Shown here in pieces: positions 54,787 to 64,000 of a DNA stretch of 64,000 bases; the first letter of the stretch is position 1, and each line of letters starts with the position of its first letter. Made by a program: the position numbers and the translations under genes. The stretch is from contig CAWFNB010000004.1 in the NCBI GenBank assembly GCA_963817125.1, positions 139,144-203,143 on the forward strand. The letters run 5' to 3'. The notes under the pieces are model-generated. The model was not told the origin of the DNA. It did not search any database and saw only the letters and a program-made list of their open reading frames with translations. The stretch comes from an uncultured Actinomycetota bacterium (lineage in GTDB: Bacteria; Actinomycetota; Actinomycetes; Propionibacteriales; Nocardioidaceae).

Positions 54787-57700
54787 GTGCTCCACCTCCA
54801 CCGCGCTCCGCGGACCGATCTGCTCGCCGATGCCCTCGGCGAGCTGTTGGCCACGCCGCTGGAGGACCCGTTCGCGACCGAGCTGGTGCTGGTGCCGGCG
54901 CGCGGGGTGGAGCGATGGCTCTCCCAGCGGCTGTCCCATCGGCTCGGGACGTCCGGAGATGGCACCGGTGACGGGGTGTGCGCGGGCGTCGAGTTCCGCT
55001 TCCCGCGCTCCCTGATCGCCGAGCTCACCGGTTCCCGCGACGACGACCCCTGGGCGCCCGACGCCCTGGCGTGGCCGCTGCTGTCGGTGCTCGACGCGGC
55101 GATGGACGAGCCCTGGGCGGCGACTCTCGCGGCTCACCTGGGGCACCGGGACACCGGCGACGAGGCGGAGTTCCGCCGCGGTCGTCGCTACGCCGTCGCG
55201 CGGCGCCTGGCCGGCCTGTTCGCGTCGTACGCCGCCCAGCGGCCGCAGCTCCTCGCAGACTGGTCGGCCGGCCGGGCCACCGACGGGCTCGGCAGCGACC
55301 TCGACGAGGACCTCGCCTGGCAGCCACCACTCTGGCGGGCCCTCATCGAGGCCGTCGACGCGCCCGTCCCGGCCGTCCGGCACGCCGAGGCGCTCGGCCG
55401 GCTCGAGTCCGGGCCGAGCGACCTGCCGCCGCGCGTCTCCCTGTTCGGCCACACCCGGATGCCGTCAACCGAGATCGAGCTGCTCCGGGCGCTCTCCCGA
55501 CACCACGACCTGCACCTGTGGCTGCCGCACCCCAGCGACGACCTTTGGCAGCGGCTCGCCGGGCTCGCGGGTCCGACGCCTCGCACAAACGACGTCAGCC
55601 ACCGAGAGGTCCGGCACCCGCTGCTCGCCTCGCTCGGCCGCGACCAGCGCGAGCTCCAGCGCAGCCTCGGCCCGGCCGAGCATGACATCGAGGTGGCGGC
55701 CAACGAGCTGCCGCAGACCCTGCTCGGCCGGCTCCAGTCCGATCTCCGAGCCGACGCCGTCCGTCCCGACGGCCGCAGCCACGACACCGAGGACCGGTCG
55801 GTCCAGGTGCACCGCTGTCACGGTCCGGCCCGCCAGGTGCAGGTGCTCCGCGAGGTGCTGCTCGGCCTGCTCGAGGACGACCCGAGCCTCGAGCCCCGCG
55901 ACATCCTCGTCATGTGCCCCGACATCGAGAACTACGCGCCACTGATCACGGCGGCGTTCGGCCTCGGTGACGTCGTCGAGGGTGGGCACCCGGCCCACCG
56001 GCTCAGGGTCCAGCTTGCCGACCGCGCGCTGTCCCGCACCAACCCGCTGCTCGGTGTCGCCGCCCAGCTGCTCGACGTCGCCGGAAGCCGCGCGACCGCC
56101 AGCGCCGTGCTCGACCTCGCGCAGAGCCCCTCGGTCCGGCGACGTTTCGGCTTCGTCGACGACGACCTCGACGCGATGGCCGACTGGGTACGCGAGTCCG
56201 GTGTGCGCTGGGGCTTCGACGCCGAGCACCGCGAGCCGTTCGGCGTGCGCTACCTCCAGAACACCTGGCGCTTCGGCCTCGACCGGGTGCTCACCGGCGT
56301 CGCCATGTCCGATGACTCGCGGTCCTGGCTGGGCACCGCGCTGCCCCTCGACGACGTCGGCAGCAACCGCGTCGAGCTCGCCGGCCGGTTCGCGGAGTTC
56401 GTCGACCGGCTGGTGGCAGCCACCGACCGCCTGACCGGCACCCGGCCGCTCGCCGACTGGCTGCACGGCCTCGCCGACGGCGTCACCGTCCTGACCCGCG
56501 TCGACCGGGCCGACCAGTGGCAGGTCAGCCAGATGCAGCGCGAGCTCGCCCGGGTCGAGGTCGACGCCGGTGAGCGCGGGGCGAGCCCGCTGCGGCTGAC
56601 AGACGTCCGCGCGATGCTGGGCGACCACCTCGAGGGCCGGCCCACCCGCGCCAACTTCCGCGCCGGCAGCCTCACCGTGTGCACGATGGTCCCGATGCGC
56701 TCGGTGCCGCACCGGGTCGTGTGCCTGCTCGGCCTGGACGACGGCGTCTTCCCGCGCCAGCGAGCCGTCGACGGCGACGACGCGCTCGCGCGTACCCCGG
56801 TCACCGGCGAGCGGGACATCCGCTCCGAGGACCGGCAGTTGCTGCTCGACGCGATCGGGGCGGCCACCGAGACGCTGGTGGTCACCTACACCGGCGCCGA
56901 CCCGCACACCGGCCAAGCCCGCCCGCCCGCCGTACCGCTCGGCGAACTGCTGGACGCCCTCGACCGGACCACCGACGCTCCGGTGCGCAGCCAGGTCGTG
57001 GTGTCCCACCCCCTCCAGGGCTTCGACCTGCGCAACGTCGAGCCCGGGAGGCTGGGCACCCCGGCCGGCACGCCGTTCACCTTCGACCAGCAGATGCTGC
57101 GGGCCGCTGCCGTGACGACCCGGGCGAGGTCGTCCCAGCCGCCGTTCCTCGACCGGCCGCTGACCGAACCGGCCAACCGGTCCGGCACCGACGACATCGC
57201 CCTCGACGACCTGGTCCGCTTCTTCCGCGACCCGGTGAAGGGCTTCTTCCGCGCGCTCGACCTCACCCTGCCCTGGGACGTGGACGCCGTCAGCGACGCG
57301 ATGCCGGTCGAGATCGACCAGCTCGAGACCTGGGGCGTCGGCGACCGAATGCTCGCGGACATGCTGCGCAGCATCCATCCCGACACGGCGCGCGAGATCG
57401 AGTGGCGTCGCGGCACACTGCCGCCCGGCCAGCTCGGGTGGCGCAAGGCCACCGAGGTGCGCGAGACAGCGATGAACCTCGCGATCGCGGCGCTCACCCA
57501 CCGACAGGTCGAGCCGAAGGCTCACGACGTCGACATCACGCTCCGCGGCGGTCGCCGTCTGACGGGCACGCTCACCCCGGTCTACGGCGACCGGCTGGTC
57601 GCGGTCGGCTACTCCAGGCTCGACGGCAAGCACCTGCTGGAGTCGTGGGTCCGCCTGCTCGCCCTGGCCGCCGGCCATCCCGACCACAACTGGACCGCAC

Positions 57701-58062
57701 TGACGATCGGCCGCGGGTCGAGGGGCAGCCAGGCCGCCCAGCGCCTGCTCGGACCCGCAGAGCCCGACCCCCTCGGCCTCCTCGACGACCTGGTGGACCT
57801 CTACGACGAAGGCCGGCGCGCGCCCCTCCAGCTGCCGATCAAGACGTCGTTCGCGTGGGCGACGGCGGCTCATGCAGGGCAGCCGCCCATGGAGGCGGCG
57901 GCCAAGAAGTGGAGGTCCGGCAACTTCCCCGGTGAAGACGCCGATGCCGCCCACGTCCGGGTGTGGGGCGAGCACTGCGACCTCGCCGAGCTGACGGGGC
58001 TCCCGGCACTGGCCGAGCGGCTGTGGTTCCCGTTGCTCGCCAACGAACGCGGGCCGGTGTGA
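54787..58062 (+). CDS. recC: exodeoxyribonuclease V subunit gamma
   Basis: 1091 aa. VLHLHRAPRTDLLADALGELL N-terminus resembles the RecC start. Followed by recB and recD with overlapping start/stop codons. Confidence 0.9.
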   Translation: MLHLHRAPRTDLLADALGELLATPLEDPFATELVLVPARGVERWLSQRLSHRLGTSGDGTGDGVCAGVEFRFPRSLIAELTGSRDDDPWAPDALAWPLLSVLDAAMDEPWAATLAAHLGHRDTGDEAEFRRGRRYAVARRLAGLFASYAAQRPQLLADWSAGRATDGLGSDLDEDLAWQPPLWRALIEAVDAPVPAVRHAEALGRLESGPSDLPPRVSLFGHTRMPSTEIELLRALSRHHDLHLWLPHPSDDLWQRLAGLAGPTPRTNDVSHREVRHPLLASLGRDQRELQRSLGPAEHDIEVAANELPQTLLGRLQSDLRADAVRPDGRSHDTEDRSVQVHRCHGPARQVQVLREVLLGLLEDDPSLEPRDILVMCPDIENYAPLITAAFGLGDVVEGGHPAHRLRVQLADRALSRTNPLLGVAAQLLDVAGSRATASAVLDLAQSPSVRRRFGFVDDDLDAMADWVRESGVRWGFDAEHREPFGVRYLQNTWRFGLDRVLTGVAMSDDSRSWLGTALPLDDVGSNRVELAGRFAEFVDRLVAATDRLTGTRPLADWLHGLADGVTVLTRVDRADQWQVSQMQRELARVEVDAGERGASPLRLTDVRAMLGDHLEGRPTRANFRAGSLTVCTMVPMRSVPHRVVCLLGLDDGVFPRQRAVDGDDALARTPVTGERDIRSEDRQLLLDAIGAATETLVVTYTGADPHTGQARPPAVPLGELLDALDRTTDAPVRSQVVVSHPLQGFDLRNVEPGRLGTPAGTPFTFDQQMLRAAAVTTRARSSQPPFLDRPLTEPANRSGTDDIALDDLVRFFRDPVKGFFRALDLTLPWDVDAVSDAMPVEIDQLETWGVGDRMLADMLRSIHPDTAREIEWRRGTLPPGQLGWRKATEVRETAMNLAIAALTHRQVEPKAHDVDITLRGGRRLTGTLTPVYGDRLVAVGYSRLDGKHLLESWVRLLALAAGHPDHNWTALTIGRGSRGSQAAQRLLGPAEPDPLGLLDDLVDLYDEGRRAPLQLPIKTSFAWATAAHAGQPPMEAAAKKWRSGNFPGEDADAAHVRVWGEHCDLAELTGLPALAERLWFPLLANERGPV

Positions 58063-61000
58063 CCACCACGGGCTCATTCGACCTCCTGGACGCCCTGCCC
58101 TCGGGGCCGACGACGACGGTGCTCGAGGCCAGCGCCGGCACCGGCAAGACCTACGCCCTTGCCGGCCTCGTCACCCGCTACGTCGCGGAGGGGAAGGCGC
58201 ACCTGGAGGACATGCTGCTGATCACCTTCAGCCGAGCGGCCAGCCAGGAGCTCCGCGAGCGCGTCCGGGACCAGCTCGTCCGGGCGACCGAGGCGCTCGC
58301 GGACCCGGCCACCGCCGACGACGCGCTCCTCACCCACCTCGTCACGGGCACCGACGACGAGCTCGCCGAACGGCTGCTCCGACTCCGCGACGCGCTCGCC
58401 GGGTTCGACGCCGCCACCATCGCCACGACGCACGAGTTCTGCCACTTGGTCCTCCGCTCGCTCGGGGTCGCCGGTGACACCGACGCGGGCGTGACCCTCG
58501 TCGAAAACCTCGACGAGCTGGTCCGCGAGGTCGTCGACGACCTCTACCTCCAGCGGTTCGGTGACGCGAAGGAGAGTCCGTCGCTGACCCGGGCGCAGGC
58601 GCTCAAGCTGGCCCACGACGTGGTCGGCAACCCGCGGACCAAGCTCCTGCCCCTCGACCCGCCGGCCGGGACCACCGCCGGGGTGCGCCGCGCGTTCGCA
58701 GACGACGTGCTGCGCGAGCTCGAGCGACGCAAGCGGCTGCTCGGAGTTCTCGGCTTCGACGACCTGCTCTCCCGACTCGCCGTCGCGCTCGAGCCCGAGG
58801 ACGCGCCGGCTCGCGACCGCATGAGCCGACGCTGGTCGATCGTCATGATCGACGAGTTCCAGGACACCGACCCGGTCCAGTGGGAGGTCATCGAGCGTGC
58901 CTTCGTAGACCGGGTGACGCTGGTGCTGATCGGCGATCCCAAGCAGGCGATCTACGCGTTCCGGGGCGGCGACGTCGTCACCTACCTCCGGGCCCGCGAC
59001 CGCGCCCAGGCTCTGCTCACCCTCGACACCAACCACCGCAGCGACCAGCCCTTGGTGGAGCGACTGCTCTGTGTGCTCGGCGGCGCCGCTCTCGGCCACG
59101 ACGACATCGTGGTGCGGCCGGTGCGAGCGGCCCAGCAGGACCATCGGCTCCAGGACGCGCCGGTCAACGACCCGTTCCGGCTGAGGGTCGTCACGCGCAG
59201 CCAGGCGCCGTTCCTGATCAGCGGCCAACGCACTATCGGCATGGACGACCTGCGCCCGTTCGTCGCCCGCGACCTCGCTGCGGACGTGAAGCGACTGCTC
59301 GCCTCGAGGGCGACCTATGACGGCCGCCCTATCGAGGCCAACGACATCGCGGTCATCGTCGAGCGTCACGTCGATGCCCGCGCCTGCCGCGACGCACTGG
59401 CGGTGGCGGGGGTGCCGGCCGTCTACACCGGCGACACCGACGTCTTCGCGTCGTCGGCTGCAGCCGACTGGCAGTGCCTGCTGGAGACGTTCGAGCAGCC
59501 GGGCCGGACCGGGCTGGTGCGCGCTGCGGCCACCACCATGTTCTTCGGGCGGAGCGCGGCCGAGCTCGCCACCGACCCCGACCTCACCGACGAGGTCGCC
59601 GAGACCCTACGGCGGTGGGCCGACCACGCGCGGGCACGTGGCATCGCGGCCGTCCTCGAGGCGGCCTACGTCGCGGGCATGGCAGAGCGGGTGCTCGCCT
59701 GGCAGGGCGGTGAGCGGCTGCTCACCGACGTGGAGCACCTCACCCAGCTGCTGCACGACGTGGCCCACCGCGACGGACTCGGGCTGCCGGCCCTCCTCCA
59801 GTGGCTCCGCGCCCAGCGTGAGGACCGCGCCGGCGCACCCGAGCGCAACCGGCGACTCGACAACGACGCTCGTGCCGTCCAGATCATGACCGTCTTCGTG
59901 AGCAAGGGGCTCCAATACCCGGTCGTCTACCTGCCGTTCGCCTTCACTCGCTACATCCCTCCGTCCGACACCACGCTGTTCCACGACGAGGACGGTGCGC
60001 GCTGCCTCGACATCGGCGGCCGCGGGGCCGAGGGGTTTGCTCGCACCCAGGAGCTCGGCCGCGACGAGGTGGCCGGCAACGACATCCGGCTGACCTATGT
60101 GGCGCTCACCCGGGCGCAGTCCCAGGTGGTCGCCTGGTGGGCGCCCTCGTGGGACGAGGTCAACGGCGGACTCTCGCGGTTGCTCCGCGACCGCGAGCCG
60201 GGGGACGCCCGGGTGCTGCCGTACCTCCCCGACCTGAAGAACCGCATCTCCGACGCCGACGCGATCGCGAAGCTGCGCCGCTGGCAGGAGGCCGGCGGCC
60301 CGCTCGTGGAGCGCACGGACCTCGAGCTGCCCGATCCAGAGGCGGTGTCGACGACGCGCCCCGGCGAGCTGACGGCGCGGACCTTCGATCGGGCGATCGA
60401 CCTCGACTGGCGACGTACCTCCTACTCCGGCCTGGTCCGCGCGGCCGAGGAGTCCGGCGGAGTCACCTCCGAGCCGGAGCTCTCCGCGCGCGAGGACGAG
60501 ATGGCCGACGAGGTCGCGGACGAGGTGCCGCCCCCGGCCGAGGCAGCCGATGAGACCGCACTTCCGTCGCCGATGGCGGACCTGCCCTCGGGCGCCGCCT
60601 TCGGATCCCTCGTGCACGGGGTGCTGGAGGAGGCCGACCCGTTCGCCGCCGACCTCGAGGCAGAGCTCCGACGGCACGTCGAGGAGCAGCGCGACTTCTG
60701 GGGTATCGACACCCCGGCCCACGAGCTCGCGGCGGCGCTGGTGCCGCTGCACCACACCTCGCTGGGTCCGCTCGCCGGCGGGGCGACCCTCCGCACGATC
60801 GGGCTTCCCGACCGGTTGTGCGAGCTGGACTTCGAGATCCCGCTGGCCGGAGGAGACGTGTCGCCCGGCATCGAGGTGTCCCTCGCTGACGTGGGGGCAC
60901 TGCTGGAGCAGCACCTGGTGGCCGACGATCCGATCCTCCCCTACGCAGCGCGACTTCGCGCTCCGGGCCTGGGCGGCCAGTCGCTGCGCGGCTACCTCTC

Positions 61001-61400
61001 CGGCTCGATCGACGTGGTGCTCCGAGTCCCCGGGGACCCCGCCGACCGGCAGGGCCACCGCTACGTGGTCGTCGACTACAAGACCAACTGGCTCGGCCCG
61101 TCCGACGTGCCGCTCACGGCAACGGCGTACTCCCGGGAGCGACTGGCCGAGGCGATGCTGCACTCCGATTACCCGCTCCAGGCGCTGCTCTACGTCGTCG
61201 TGGTGCACCGCTACCTGCGCTGGCGCCAGCCCGGCTACGACCCGGCGCGGCACCTCGGTGGTGTGCTCTATCTCTACGTGCGCGGCATGTGCGGTCCCGA
61301 GACCCCCGAGGACGACGGCCACCCCGCCGGCGTCTTCTCGTGGCAGCCCCCGACCGCCCTGGTCACGGCGCTGTCCGACCTCCTGGACGGTGGCCGATGA
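58059..61400 (+). CDS. recB: exodeoxyribonuclease V subunit beta (UvrD-like helicase plus PD-(D/E)XK nuclease)
   Basis: GTGA overlap with recC. Walker A EASAGTGKTY. Helicase motifs MIDEFQDTD and TTHEFC. C-terminal nuclease motif VVVDYKTN. Confidence 0.9.
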   Translation: MTTTGSFDLLDALPSGPTTTVLEASAGTGKTYALAGLVTRYVAEGKAHLEDMLLITFSRAASQELRERVRDQLVRATEALADPATADDALLTHLVTGTDDELAERLLRLRDALAGFDAATIATTHEFCHLVLRSLGVAGDTDAGVTLVENLDELVREVVDDLYLQRFGDAKESPSLTRAQALKLAHDVVGNPRTKLLPLDPPAGTTAGVRRAFADDVLRELERRKRLLGVLGFDDLLSRLAVALEPEDAPARDRMSRRWSIVMIDEFQDTDPVQWEVIERAFVDRVTLVLIGDPKQAIYAFRGGDVVTYLRARDRAQALLTLDTNHRSDQPLVERLLCVLGGAALGHDDIVVRPVRAAQQDHRLQDAPVNDPFRLRVVTRSQAPFLISGQRTIGMDDLRPFVARDLAADVKRLLASRATYDGRPIEANDIAVIVERHVDARACRDALAVAGVPAVYTGDTDVFASSAAADWQCLLETFEQPGRTGLVRAAATTMFFGRSAAELATDPDLTDEVAETLRRWADHARARGIAAVLEAAYVAGMAERVLAWQGGERLLTDVEHLTQLLHDVAHRDGLGLPALLQWLRAQREDRAGAPERNRRLDNDARAVQIMTVFVSKGLQYPVVYLPFAFTRYIPPSDTTLFHDEDGARCLDIGGRGAEGFARTQELGRDEVAGNDIRLTYVALTRAQSQVVAWWAPSWDEVNGGLSRLLRDREPGDARVLPYLPDLKNRISDADAIAKLRRWQEAGGPLVERTDLELPDPEAVSTTRPGELTARTFDRAIDLDWRRTSYSGLVRAAEESGGVTSEPELSAREDEMADEVADEVPPPAEAADETALPSPMADLPSGAAFGSLVHGVLEEADPFAADLEAELRRHVEEQRDFWGIDTPAHELAAALVPLHHTSLGPLAGGATLRTIGLPDRLCELDFEIPLAGGDVSPGIEVSLADVGALLEQHLVADDPILPYAARLRAPGLGGQSLRGYLSGSIDVVLRVPGDPADRQGHRYVVVDYKTNWLGPSDVPLTATAYSRERLAEAMLHSDYPLQALLYVVVVHRYLRWRQPGYDPARHLGGVLYLYVRGMCGPETPEDDGHPAGVFSWQPPTALVTALSDLLDGGR

Positions 61401-63190
61401 CCCTCGTCCCGCTCGAGCTCGAGGACCCGAGCGACCCGCGGCTGGCCTGCGGAGCGACGAGACTGCTGCGCTCGTTCAACGCGGGCGGCGTCCTCGACGC
61501 CTCCGACGTGCACGTGGCGCAGCGGCTGTGTGCCCTGGCCGGCGAGGAAGAACCCCTGGTCGCCCTTGCCGTCGCCTTCGTGGTGCGCGCGGTGCGGGCC
61601 GGCTCGGTCTGCGTCGACCTGGCCACGGTCGCCGAGGAGGACCTCGACCTCCCGTGGCCGGACCCAGCGGTGTGGCAGGCCGCCCTGGTCGCCAGCCCGC
61701 TGGTCACGTCCCGGACACCGGTGCTCCGCATCCTCGAGCAGGACGACGTGCGTCTCCTCTACCTCGACCGCTACTGGCGGGAGGAGGAGCAGGTGCATGC
61801 GGACCTGGTCGGACGGCCTGCAGCGTCCGCGGCTCCCGACGAGGGCTGGCTGTCCGCGGCGCTGGACCGCGTCTTCCCCGCCGAAGGGTACGACGAGCAG
61901 CGAGCGGCCGCCCGCGTCGCACTGGTCCGGGCCACCACCGTCCTGACCGGCGGCCCCGGCACCGGCAAGACCACCACTGTCGCAGCCCTCCTCGCCCTCT
62001 GTGCCGAGCGGGCACAGCTGGCCGGCGAGCCGCCGGTGCGGATCGCGCTCGCGGCACCGACCGGCAAGGCCGCCGCCCGGCTCCAACAGGCCGTCGAGGC
62101 GGAGGTGGCCAGGCTGCCCGTCGACGACCAGAGGCGATTGTCCGGGGTCCGCGCGGTCACCCTCCACCGCCTCCTCGGCGCCCGGCCGGACACCTCGTCA
62201 CGGTTCCGGCACCACCGCGACAACCGGCTGCCCCACGACGTCGTGGTCGTGGACGAGACATCGATGGTCTCCCTGACGATGATGGCCCGCCTGCTCGAGG
62301 CGGTGCGGCCCGACAGCCGGTTGATCCTGGTCGGTGACCCGTTCCAGCTCGCGTCGGTCGAGGCCGGTGCCGTGCTGGCCGACCTGGTGGACGCCGTACA
62401 GGAGACGACCCAGGTCGGCGTCGCCGCCCTGCGGACCTCGCATCGCTTTGGCGAGTCGATCGGCCGGCTCGCGGAGGCTGTCCGTCAGGGCGATGCGGAC
62501 ACCGCGGTGGCGCTGCTCGAGGCCGGTGGCGACCACGTCGAGCTGATCGACGTCGACGACCCGGCGGCACGGGTCCGAGCCCTGGTCGCGCCGCACGCCG
62601 TCGCCATCCTGAGGGCGGCCGAAGCCGGCGACGCCGATCGAGCCCTCGAGCTGCTCGACGACAAGCGGCTGCTCTGCGCCCACCGCGAGGGTCCCTACGG
62701 CGTGCGGCAGTGGAACTCCCAGGTCGAGCGGTGGCTGGGGGAGGAGACCGGCGAGCCGCTCTGGTCCACCTGGTACGCCGGCCGCCCCCTGCTGGTCACC
62801 GCCAACGACTACGGCCTCGGCATCTTCAACGGCGACACCGGCGTTGCGGTCCGGCCACCGGCAGGCAGCCCTGGCCGGGCCCTGCGTGCCGCGGTCGCCG
62901 GGAGCAGCGGCCGGCTCGACCTCGCCACCAGCCGGCTGGCCCAGGTCGAGACCATGCACGCGATGACCATCCACAAGAGCCAGGGGAGCCAGGCCAAGGA
63001 GGTCGTGGTGATCCTGCCGCCACCCGAGTCCCGGCTGCTCACCCGCGAGCTCTTCTACACCGCGATCACCCGCGCCCGCGAGCGCGTGGTCGTGGTGGGC
63101 TCACCGGGCGACGTACGCGCCGCCATCGGCCGCCGGGCCGTGCGCGCCACCGGTCTCCGTCAGCGGCTGGCCGGCCAGTCCGCACCCTGA
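61397..63190 (+). CDS. recD: exodeoxyribonuclease V subunit alpha
   Basis: ATGA overlap with recB. Walker A LTGGPGTGKTT, VVVDETSMV, TIHKSQGSQ. Confidence 0.9.
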   Translation: MTLVPLELEDPSDPRLACGATRLLRSFNAGGVLDASDVHVAQRLCALAGEEEPLVALAVAFVVRAVRAGSVCVDLATVAEEDLDLPWPDPAVWQAALVASPLVTSRTPVLRILEQDDVRLLYLDRYWREEEQVHADLVGRPAASAAPDEGWLSAALDRVFPAEGYDEQRAAARVALVRATTVLTGGPGTGKTTTVAALLALCAERAQLAGEPPVRIALAAPTGKAAARLQQAVEAEVARLPVDDQRRLSGVRAVTLHRLLGARPDTSSRFRHHRDNRLPHDVVVVDETSMVSLTMMARLLEAVRPDSRLILVGDPFQLASVEAGAVLADLVDAVQETTQVGVAALRTSHRFGESIGRLAEAVRQGDADTAVALLEAGGDHVELIDVDDPAARVRALVAPHAVAILRAAEAGDADRALELLDDKRLLCAHREGPYGVRQWNSQVERWLGEETGEPLWSTWYAGRPLLVTANDYGLGIFNGDTGVAVRPPAGSPGRALRAAVAGSSGRLDLATSRLAQVETMHAMTIHKSQGSQAKEVVVILPPPESRLLTRELFYTAITRARERVVVVGSPGDVRAAIGRRAVRATGLRQRLAGQSAP

Positions 63191-63236
63191 GAGGCCGGAA
63201 ACATCCACGTCATGGAGATGACCTAGGGTCGGATGA

Positions 63237-63842
63237 GTGCCGTTCCTGCTGCGCGTCGAGCTGCCCGACGTCCCCGGATCGCTCGGTCGGGTCGCGACGA
63301 CGATCGGTGAGTCCGGGGGCGACATCGAGGCGATCGAGATCGTCGAGAAGCGCGACGGTATGGCGGTCGACGACGTCCTGCTCGAGCTGCACGGGGGCGC
63401 GATGCCCGACTCGATCGTGTCCGCGTGCAACGCGCTCGAGGGCGTCCAGGTCATGTGGATCAGCCGGTACGCCGCCGGCGGCAACATCTTCCTCGACCTC
63501 GAGGTGGTCGAGGAGCTGACCGCCGAACCGGCCGAGGCGCTGGACCGGGTGGTCGACCTGCTGCCGGTCGCCTTCCGCGCGGACTGGGCGATGCGGATCC
63601 ACCGCAGCAAGGGCATCCTGCGCGCCACGGACGCGGCGCCGAAGGAGCTGCCGTTCGTCGAGATCGAGAAGGCATCCCGGCTCGACGTGAACGGCGACGA
63701 GGTCAACCTGTACGCCGGAGCCCGGATCGACGGCAACGACGTCGTGGTGATCGGTCGCCGCGGCGGCCCCGAGTTCGTCGAGTCCGAGCTGGCCCGGCTC
63801 GGTCACCTGGTCGGCCTGGCCGCCTCGCTGGCGCGGCCCTGA
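63237..63842 (+). CDS. ACT-domain (amino-acid-binding) protein
   Basis: GTG at 63237. FLLRVELPDVPGSLGRVATTIGESGGDIEAIEIV is a typical ACT beta-alpha-beta start. Confidence 0.6.
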   Translation: MPFLLRVELPDVPGSLGRVATTIGESGGDIEAIEIVEKRDGMAVDDVLLELHGGAMPDSIVSACNALEGVQVMWISRYAAGGNIFLDLEVVEELTAEPAEALDRVVDLLPVAFRADWAMRIHRSKGILRATDAAPKELPFVEIEKASRLDVNGDEVNLYAGARIDGNDVVVIGRRGGPEFVESELARLGHLVGLAASLARP

Positions 63843-63860
63843 CGTCCCACTGGTCACATG

Positions 63861-63882
63861 ATTCACCGGGTGACCGGGGAAA
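63861..63882. repeat. degenerate copy of the TTCACCGGGT-ACCCGGTGAA palindrome
   Basis: ATTCACCGGGTGACCGGGGAAA forms an 8-bp stem with one mismatch (TTCACCGG/CCGGGGAA), 19 nt after the ACT-gene stop. Confidence 0.5.
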
Positions 63883-63921
63883 CTGGCCCTGGGTGGCCGT
63901 TGCAACGCCCGTCCGGGGCCA

Positions 63922-63945
63922 GAATCCCCGGGCGCCCGGGGATTC
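63922..63945. repeat. perfect 24-bp palindrome GAATCCCCGGGCGCCCGGGGATTC
   Basis: Read directly from the sequence. Same GAWTC-NCCGGG...CCCGGN-GAWTC architecture as 11951..11976. Lies between convergent genes. Confidence 0.85.
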
Positions 63946-63962
63946 CGCCAGCCCGGAACCGG

Positions 63963-64000
63963 TCAGACCCGCTCCAGCAGGAACACCGGGATCTCGCGGT
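63963..64000 (-). CDS. 3' end of a gene running off the right edge (partial)
   Basis: Minus strand reads ...REIPVFLLERV followed by TGA (stop at 63965..63963). Only 12 codons are visible, so no function call is possible. Confidence 0.3.
   Translation of the reverse strand, partial: REIPVFLLERV

Noticed and set aside
55465-61322. 870-aa and 571-aa minus-strand ORFs opposite recC and recB
   Set aside because: They are antisense shadows of well-supported genes. The composition is implausible and no motifs are present.
1-64000. CRISPR arrays, transposases, integrases, toxin-antitoxin pairs, retron-like or other known defence signatures
   Set aside because: I scanned intergenic gaps and ORF translations by eye. 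There are no regularly spaced direct repeats and no recognisable motifs of these classes. Absence is by inspection only, not by a profile search.

Overview
High-GC (about 70%+) actinobacterial chromosomal segment; the taxon call is an inference from composition, GTG/TTG starts, 4-nt ATGA/GTGA gene overlaps and gene content. It is densely coding, and most long ORFs in the track are antisense or out-of-frame shadows of about 70 real genes. Recognisable blocks: FAD oxidase/GDPD; a cNMP-binding protein plus class III cyclase; arcA; a larB-larC-voltage-gated channel-GDT1 operon; pheA...serS with HAD/GNAT genes; bpa, qor, mobA and a nitrilase-family gene; two tRNA-Ser and one tRNA-Arg; pckG; a lysine-catabolism-like FAD oxidase/ALDH7 pair with a fused E1 dehydrogenase; a Dam-like methylase next to a secreted PLD protein; a complete phenylacetate cluster (paaK, paaZ, paaABCDE, paaI, TetR regulator); a second cyclase; and recCBD. 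No CRISPR array, transposase, integrase or obvious defence island was seen. The most interesting locus is the unusually AT-rich 0.7-kb gap after tRNA-Ser(GCT), at 27.14-27.84 kb. It holds an unlisted 45-codon ORF for a Sec-type pre-peptide (predicted mature product about 15 aa). Directly after it comes a structure matching the actinobacterial 6C sRNA signature (two hexa-C loops) and a strong terminator, convergent with a LuxR-HTH regulator. Other points: a NaChBac-type channel with a TGDDW (Ca-type) filter coupled to larBC and a GDT1 transporter; two families of palindromic REP/MITE-like elements; lower-GC secreted orphan genes; and a cyclase gene that has no stop codon until 333 nt into the convergent rraB-like gene. 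All functional names rest on motif recognition by eye; no database search was run.
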